Shown here: positions 24,448 through 29,440 of the stretch, in pieces
Layout: each line of letters opens with the position of its first letter
Position numbering within the stretch: the first letter of the stretch is position 1
DNA from: an uncultured virus (IMG/VR IMGVR_UViG_3300020048_000074)
Taxonomy: Duplodnaviria; Heunggongvirae; Uroviricota; Caudoviricetes
Direction: 5' to 3' (one strand)
DNA: 29,440 nt
IMG/VR virus record: IMGVR_UViG_3300020048_000074
Coordinates: 62,001 to 91,440 of that record
The notes under the pieces: model-generated
The model's database searches: none
Told to the model about the DNA's origin: nothing
What the model saw: the letters and a program-made list of their open reading frames with translations, nothing else
Translations under genes and position numbers: made by a program

Positions 24448-24457
24448 AAACTACAAA

Positions 24458-24805
24458 CTAAAAACCGTCTTTCAAATCCACAAACGAAGCTGGCAAAAGA
24501 CTCCAACAAAACCACCCACTATAAGGTTCAGCCGATACCGGCGAATTATCCAAGCTAAAAGGAAGCACCCCGGCATAGTCCGTGGCCATGGCTGATTCAC
24601 CATGGAAGCTGCCATCCTTGTCTATCCAAAATAACATGACCGCAGCACCTACGGGCGGCTGTCCTACATTGTATGACGGGTAGGTTTGCACGCTTTCAGG
24701 TTTGGGTGGTACGAGCACGATGGTAAACAGAATCAAATTAAAACATAACAAAAGGCATATAACACCTATCACAACAGCTATGGACCTAATTCTGTCTTTC
24801 ATCAT
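24458..24805 (-). CDS. Single-pass membrane protein
   Basis: GGAGG RBS; long N-terminal hydrophobic helix followed by a Pro-rich linker. Confidence 0.75.
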   Translation of the reverse strand: MMKDRIRSIAVVIGVICLLLCFNLILFTIVLVPPKPESVQTYPSYNVGQPPVGAAVMLFWIDKDGSFHGESAMATDYAGVLPFSLDNSPVSAEPYSGWFCWSLLPASFVDLKDGF

Positions 24806-24817
24806 GCGTGATCCTCC

Positions 24818-24900
24818 AAAAAAAAGATGGCAGGGATGGGGGTTAGAGATTACTGAACTTGGAGGTTTGCTTTCTATGTAACCCCAAACTCCCTGCCACC
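24818..24900 (-). ncRNA. Putative small RNA/terminator hairpin with anti-Shine-Dalgarno loop
   Basis: GGUGGCAGGGA..GGGGUUA / UAACCCC..UCCCUGCCAUC stem, loop containing AGCAAACCUCCAAG, then U8; AT-rich promoter-like sequence just upstream. Confidence 0.65.
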
Positions 24901-24950
24901 TATATATTATCGATTTAGTGACCGATGTGTATCACCTATTTTTAATTATT

Positions 24951-25211
24951 TTACGATCGTGGACTCCCATCCGGATTGTACATCGGACCAAGCCCCAAAG
25001 CTTCCCGGTCTTCCCGCTCTTCAACCTTCGCCCACTTGTATTGGAACGATCGGTTTCTCAAGCTAAGGATTTCCTCTTCAGTAAAAAGATACGGGGTACG
25101 CGGTCCACCGGGCTGCACGCCTATTCCTAAGCGTATAGCGTAGTGCTTCAACGTATCCTGTTTTATGCCGAGAACTTCAGCCCCGGCTTTCGTAGTATAC
25201 AACTTCGACAT
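24951..25211 (-). CDS. MerR/excisionase-type HTH DNA-binding protein
   Basis: LYTTKAGAEVLGIKQDTLKHY..GIG..YLFTEEEI winged-HTH pattern; AAGGGGG RBS. Confidence 0.75.
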   Translation of the reverse strand: MSKLYTTKAGAEVLGIKQDTLKHYAIRLGIGVQPGGPRTPYLFTEEEILSLRNRSFQYKWAKVEEREDREALGLGPMYNPDGSPRS

Positions 25212-25280
25212 AGTAATCCCCCTTATAAAAACTGTCTATGGAGGGAATCGGACTTTGGCCGATTCCTACCGTAGGCGGTC

Positions 25281-25634
25281 TTACCTTCGCGTGAACGTCA
25301 AGCGCTCTTTCTGCTCATAAGCCATGGCAGCCCACACCTCATGGTACCGGGCATTGCGATCGAACGTAGCGCGTCTCAGTGCCCTGTCTTTGAAATTCGG
25401 GTAGTCAAGCGTTTGCACACTATCCACCAGATACGTTGCCCAGTCGTTTGCCTTTACGCTCATCCTGTACGGGTAATCGCACATCGGCGTTTCGATAACC
25501 TTGTCAGCATGCACGCGATCCATGATCCTTTCAAGGTCTTCCTTGAACCGGGCACGAATCATAAGCTTATCCGTATCTTTTTCTTTCGTCGGTTTAACTG
25601 CGCTGTAAAACCCATCCACTGTAAAAATCCACAT
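25281..25634 (-). CDS. Conserved phage hypothetical protein
   Basis: MWIFT.DGFYSAV..LMIRAR..DL..DYPYR..LDYPNFK pattern; GGAGGT RBS. Confidence 0.8.
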   Translation of the reverse strand: MWIFTVDGFYSAVKPTKEKDTDKLMIRARFKEDLERIMDRVHADKVIETPMCDYPYRMSVKANDWATYLVDSVQTLDYPNFKDRALRRATFDRNARYHEVWAAMAYEQKERLTFTRR

Positions 25635-25656
25635 GGTTACCTCCAATGGTACCTAT

Positions 25657-25905
25657 TCATCGCCCTTCAATAATCCAGTCTATCGCCTCGGCCTTCGCCT
25701 TGGTAATAATTTCTTCAGGATATCCACCGGCATTTGCCACTTCAGCACTCAGAGCTTCGAGGTCCATATCCAATAGCAAATCGACCCCGCTATGCTTTGG
25801 CATGCCTACATTTTTAATCAGCCACCGTCTAAGCTTTCTTCGGCAGTTCGCCAACACTCTATCGGCGTTTGCACGCGCCTCGCTTACAAACAAGTTATTA
25901 GACAT
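25657..25905 (-). CDS. Hypothetical protein
   Basis: Start MSNNLF after GGAGGTTTGT. Confidence 0.7.
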   Translation of the reverse strand: MSNNLFVSEARANADRVLANCRRKLRRWLIKNVGMPKHSGVDLLLDMDLEALSAEVANAGGYPEEIITKAKAEAIDWIIEGR

Positions 25906-25940
25906 ACAAACCTCCAATCGTCTACGGACTTTGGCCAATT

Positions 25941-26441
25941 TCAAAGTTTCATAGCTTTATTCTTAATATTAGACCGCATGTTATTTTGCTGCTCTTTCCT
26001 AGTAGCCCATCTACAATTTTCTTTGTAGTATCCTAAACTATTATCTATTCTATCTATTGATAACCCTTCAGGTTTATCCCCCATGTCTAAATAAAAAGTC
26101 CTAAAGTCTAACCACGCTTTACATACCGTAATCCCACGTCCACCGTAGTATTTATACTTAGGGTTTTTTGAATTGTTACACCTATTCACCATACCTTTCC
26201 AACTATTGTAGGATGAAACTTTACTTAAACTATGCGTAGTATTTCTCTGTGTTACCTTAACGGACACTAAGCATCCACACGATCTAGTCCACCCACTTCG
26301 TAGCTTATTCCCTCTAACTTTAACTATAGCTCCACAATCACATTTACAATTCCACAATGCCTCGCCCCTATTGTCAGAACCAAATCTTTCAATAACGACA
26401 AGACTTCCAAATCTTTTTTCAGTGATATCAATAAACGTCAT
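25941..26441 (-). CDS. Free-standing HNH-type homing endonuclease
   Basis: RFGSL.V..WNCKCDCG..SCGC..W..M..RC..YGGRGITVC..W..SIDRIDN..GY...NCRWAT..EQ.NN; AT-rich relative to its flanks. Confidence 0.85.
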   Translation of the reverse strand: MTFIDITEKRFGSLVVIERFGSDNRGEALWNCKCDCGAIVKVRGNKLRSGWTRSCGCLVSVKVTQRNTTHSLSKVSSYNSWKGMVNRCNNSKNPKYKYYGGRGITVCKAWLDFRTFYLDMGDKPEGLSIDRIDNSLGYYKENCRWATRKEQQNNMRSNIKNKAMKL

Positions 26442-26482
26442 GGTACACCCCCAAATGGAAGTATACCATGGCGTATTGAAAC

Positions 26483-27610
26483 TCACAACATGATTGTCTC
26501 TCCGAACGGGGGGACAAAATTCACGTTCTTTCGAGTGAGCACCCATAGGACCGGGAAGGCTGGTGCCGGTGGGAAGCGGTTACACTCACCATCGGTTTGG
26601 TATATCAAGCACGCCGGGCTTTCACCGGATTGATCCACATGCTCGAACGGGGGTCGGAAATCCGTACCACCGCCGCCGCTCGGATTAAGCTCCACGGCAT
26701 CCCCAGCTTCAAACCGCTCCACGTTGTTCACGTGGTCATCGCAGTATATCACCGTTGAACTTGCACCGTAGTCTTCTACCAAAGCGCGTACCTCAGCACC
26801 GAATGCTTTTAAATCATCCGGGGTTATACTCCCGGAAGTGTCCATAACCAACGTGACGTTTTTCAATTCTTGGCTTCGCAAGGAAGGAAGAATCACGCCC
26901 ATGTGCAGGTACCTCCGGTTTGGAGGGAACCACGCATAGTCGTTACTCGCGTTGGAATCCACGAAACGCCTCAGCAACTCTTTCCAGTTTAGCACTGGTT
27001 CGAGCAGGTCTTTCACAAGCCGGTCAAGACTTGCTGGTAGACTGCCCATGGCTTTCGCCTGCTGAGCTGCTTGGGCAACCGCGATTTTCCAATCCTGCGC
27101 GGACTGGGATACATCGCTTTCGGAAGGACTTGAACCGTCATCCGCAGTAGCGTCTTCCACGCCACCGCATCCACCCGGGTCATCGCCCTTACCATCCCCT
27201 TGGTCGCTGTCAGGCAACCGGGAATAAACCTGTTCAGCACTCATGTCGTGGTACTGAACCGTGTCTATCAGCCCGCCTCTCGGCAAGGCCAATCCGCAAC
27301 CAACTATCAACTCGTTGATAGCATAGTCGCAAGCTTCGTTCCACTTCCTCATCTCCCGGCTATCCCGCCGAGTATGATGCTGGTTGGAACAGTGCATGAC
27401 CTCGTGGCAAATCAGCCCCTTGGTTTCGTCAAGCGAAAGCCCCTCGATAAACTCCGGGTTATACCGGATACGTTTACCATCGGTGCACGCTGTCGGATTC
27501 TTCGTGGCGTCTTCCACAAGCGTAAGCCTCAGCGCTAAAGAGCCAAAAAATGGTTGATCCAAAATTAGCCCGGCACGCGCTTTGCTCATCTTGTCACTGG
27601 CTTTACTCAT
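26483..27610 (-). CDS. DUF2201-like metallopeptidase + VWA domain protein
   Basis: PFFG..TACTDG..HEVMH (HExxH)..WNEACDYAIN; MIDAS DTSGS..GGGGTDFRP..TDG. Confidence 0.9.
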   Translation of the reverse strand: MSKASDKMSKARAGLILDQPFFGSLALRLTLVEDATKNPTACTDGKRIRYNPEFIEGLSLDETKGLICHEVMHCSNQHHTRRDSREMRKWNEACDYAINELIVGCGLALPRGGLIDTVQYHDMSAEQVYSRLPDSDQGDGKGDDPGGCGGVEDATADDGSSPSESDVSQSAQDWKIAVAQAAQQAKAMGSLPASLDRLVKDLLEPVLNWKELLRRFVDSNASNDYAWFPPNRRYLHMGVILPSLRSQELKNVTLVMDTSGSITPDDLKAFGAEVRALVEDYGASSTVIYCDDHVNNVERFEAGDAVELNPSGGGGTDFRPPFEHVDQSGESPACLIYQTDGECNRFPPAPAFPVLWVLTRKNVNFVPPFGETIML

Positions 27611-27676
27611 ACAAACCTCCATGGGAAAATCTGGTTTCCCGCAAGAGGCTCTGTTTCCAAAGCCTCCCACGTGAGA

Positions 27677-28525
27677 TCAGTGCTTACCCAAATAAGCGCT
27701 CATTTTGTTGAGGATCGCTTGCGCATCCCCGGTAGCCTTGGTCCTTACTTTCGGGTCATTCCGAAGTGTTTCAGGCTCCATGGCACAGAGCTTCTTTTGG
27801 GTTTCCTTGCACAACTTATCCAAATCTGGATCGTCGGCAACGTTGAGCTTGGGCAACAGGTTGACCAGTTCAACTACGTTCTCGATAAGGGAGTCGCGGA
27901 AAATCGCGTCCTTATCGGCAAGCTTGTCAGCGAACTTTCCAACCACGTCGTTCAAGCGAACGTACAGGTCTTTGGTTGCTTCAACCACGCGGTCTTTCAC
28001 GCGGGCTTCAAGCTCTTTCTTGATCTTCACCGAATCGCTTGAGCTTACGTCCACGCGAAAATCTTCCGCGCTTGGTACCGGCTCTATATCAGTACCGAAA
28101 CCGAACTTGTGTTCGATCTCTTTCTTCCCCGGATAGTCGGCGGGGTTGAACATCTTACCCAGCTTGACGGCTGAGTCGTTGCGGTACTCGTCGTAGTTTG
28201 CAAGGAAGTCTCGAACTGCTTTTTCATACAGCTCTTTAAGCTCCCGCATTTTCTTCGAGTACGTCAGGAAGTTTTTGCTCGGCAGAATCCGTCCACCGCC
28301 GTCATCCCATGGCAGGGTGTTGACGTAGTGGAAAGTCCTCGCCGCGCTCACCGCTCTGGTTATCTCCTGTATGGCTTCCTTGGCTATCAGGACTTTGTTA
28401 TAGCGGCCAGCGGATTCACTCACCGCGTAATCGCTATTCACCTTTGCAGTAACTCCCTTGTCGAACTTCCGGGCAGTCCATGTCGATATGGAAAGCCGAA
28501 CTATCATCGCGTTGTCTCGTAACAT
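27677..28525 (-). CDS. DUF3150-like protein
   Basis: LSISTWTARKFDK..TLPW..GRILP..G.MFN.ADYP..LLPKLN..DDP.L; typical neighbour of AAA/VWA genes. GGAGGT RBS before MLRDN. Confidence 0.75.
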   Translation of the reverse strand: MLRDNAMIVRLSISTWTARKFDKGVTAKVNSDYAVSESAGRYNKVLIAKEAIQEITRAVSAARTFHYVNTLPWDDGGGRILPSKNFLTYSKKMRELKELYEKAVRDFLANYDEYRNDSAVKLGKMFNPADYPGKKEIEHKFGFGTDIEPVPSAEDFRVDVSSSDSVKIKKELEARVKDRVVEATKDLYVRLNDVVGKFADKLADKDAIFRDSLIENVVELVNLLPKLNVADDPDLDKLCKETQKKLCAMEPETLRNDPKVRTKATGDAQAILNKMSAYLGKH

Positions 28526-28613
28526 AGCAAACCTCCGTGCGGACTTTGGATTGCCGGGCTTGGAACCGGCAGGCCGCATTACTACCGTCTCCCTGTACGG
28601 TAGTCCTCTGCGA

Positions 28614-29440
28614 TTAGATTAGAACGTCAGCATGCTTGCTGGTCCACTCAATGAAGGCTCGTGTCTTCAAGAGCGTATCATCTCGATTGATACAATCGCG
28701 TATCAATAAAACCGAGAACTCAACCGGAAGACGGTTGGCGTATTTCACAACGTTACCCATATTCTGGTCGGATGCTTTTGTGGCCAACGCTCCACAGATA
28801 GCGTAGAGAGTCGCCGGGTCGGTGGGGACCGCCGCTTTGTCCGGTGCCATGAGCACCATGTCAGGATCGGGAAGACTTTGGAAAATCTTCAGGAACCCGA
28901 TGAACTCGGCTGCGTACCCTTCGCCCACAACGCCCTTGGCAAGGTCGTAATCGATCTGGCCATTTGAGGCGTCCATCAGTTGACTGAGGAACGTTATCGA
29001 CCTTGGTGTCGGGAACGCTTTCTCATTCTTCTGAGGATCGAACACATGCAACAGGGCAGGGCGAAACCTCTGGAAGGCAAGGACTTCGGTGCGAACACCG
29101 TTACCCAAACCCCATGTGATCCAGTCATCCAAGTCAACATCGAAGTCGAGGTGGACAAACCTGTTTGCCAACGGGCTTGGCATCCGGGAAGTAACTGCCC
29201 GGTCACCTTCCCGGTTTCCCGCCGCGATAACAACGGCGTCTTTGGGAAGCTCGTACTCACCGATCTTGCGATCCAACACAAGCTGGTAACAAGCGGCCTG
29301 TACAAGAGGTGGTGCGGCATTCAGTTCGTCAAGGAACACGAGATACTTGCCTTTAGTTTTAGGCAGGAATCCGGGCGGTGACCAAACTGCCTCGCCGTTC
29401 TCGATATGCGGGAGACCACGAAGATCAACCGGATCGAGCA
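28614..29440 (-). CDS. MoxR-like AAA+ ATPase, 5'-partial
   Basis: Frame open to the window edge: LDPVDLRGLP..FLDELNAA (Walker B)..AAGNR..PLANRF..PTPRS. Confidence 0.92.
   Translation of the reverse strand, partial: LDPVDLRGLPHIENGEAVWSPPGFLPKTKGKYLVFLDELNAAPPLVQAACYQLVLDRKIGEYELPKDAVVIAAGNREGDRAVTSRMPSPLANRFVHLDFDVDLDDWITWGLGNGVRTEVLAFQRFRPALLHVFDPQKNEKAFPTPRSITFLSQLMDASNGQIDYDLAKGVVGEGYAAEFIGFLKIFQSLPDPDMVLMAPDKAAVPTDPATLYAICGALATKASDQNMGNVVKYANRLPVEFSVLLIRDCINRDDTLLKTRAFIEWTSKHADVLI

Noticed and set aside
13..29381. Numerous plus-strand ORFs, for example 14010-15119 (369 aa), 5687-6433 and 9210-9929
   Set aside because: They are antisense shadows of well-supported minus-strand genes, with Ser/Phe/Leu-rich composition and no recognisable motifs.
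1..29440. CRISPR array, integrase, transposase, rRNA or complete tRNA
   Set aside because: I found no regularly spaced repeats or diagnostic motifs; only a half-tRNA is present.
1..29440. Alternative genetic code (stop-codon recoding)
   Set aside because: Genes tile densely under the standard code, including a 7.6-kb ORF, and TAA, TAG and TGA all end genes whose neighbours have their own RBSs.

Overview
A 29.4-kb segment of a large tailed dsDNA phage or prophage. Essentially all credible genes are on the minus strand, with GGAGG-type RBSs and the standard code. Reading in the direction of transcription (right to left), the first block holds a MoxR-like AAA ATPase, a DUF3150-like gene, a metallopeptidase-VWA gene, an HNH endonuclease and an HTH gene. 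Next come two putative structured small RNAs, an adenine methyltransferase abutting a 3' half-tRNA, and about 20 small accessory ORFs including a MazG-like protein. A promoter then starts a portal-led operon. In this window that operon does not continue into protease/capsid genes. It encodes topoisomerase IB, a permuted papain-like protein, a DUF3293-like protein, a 2553-aa polyvalent protein (iPyPase, DUF5661-like, zeta kinase, PI3K/HipA-like kinase, SNF2 helicase) and an ADP-ribosyltransferase. The main hidden pattern is that these proteins, and the internal module boundaries of the giant protein, share a [LIMFV]-x-K-[ASG] motif, often followed by a short shared basic/aromatic tag. This suggests a protease-processed, tag-addressed system for loading and delivering virion enzymes (inference). 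All family calls come from motif recognition by eye; no searches were run.
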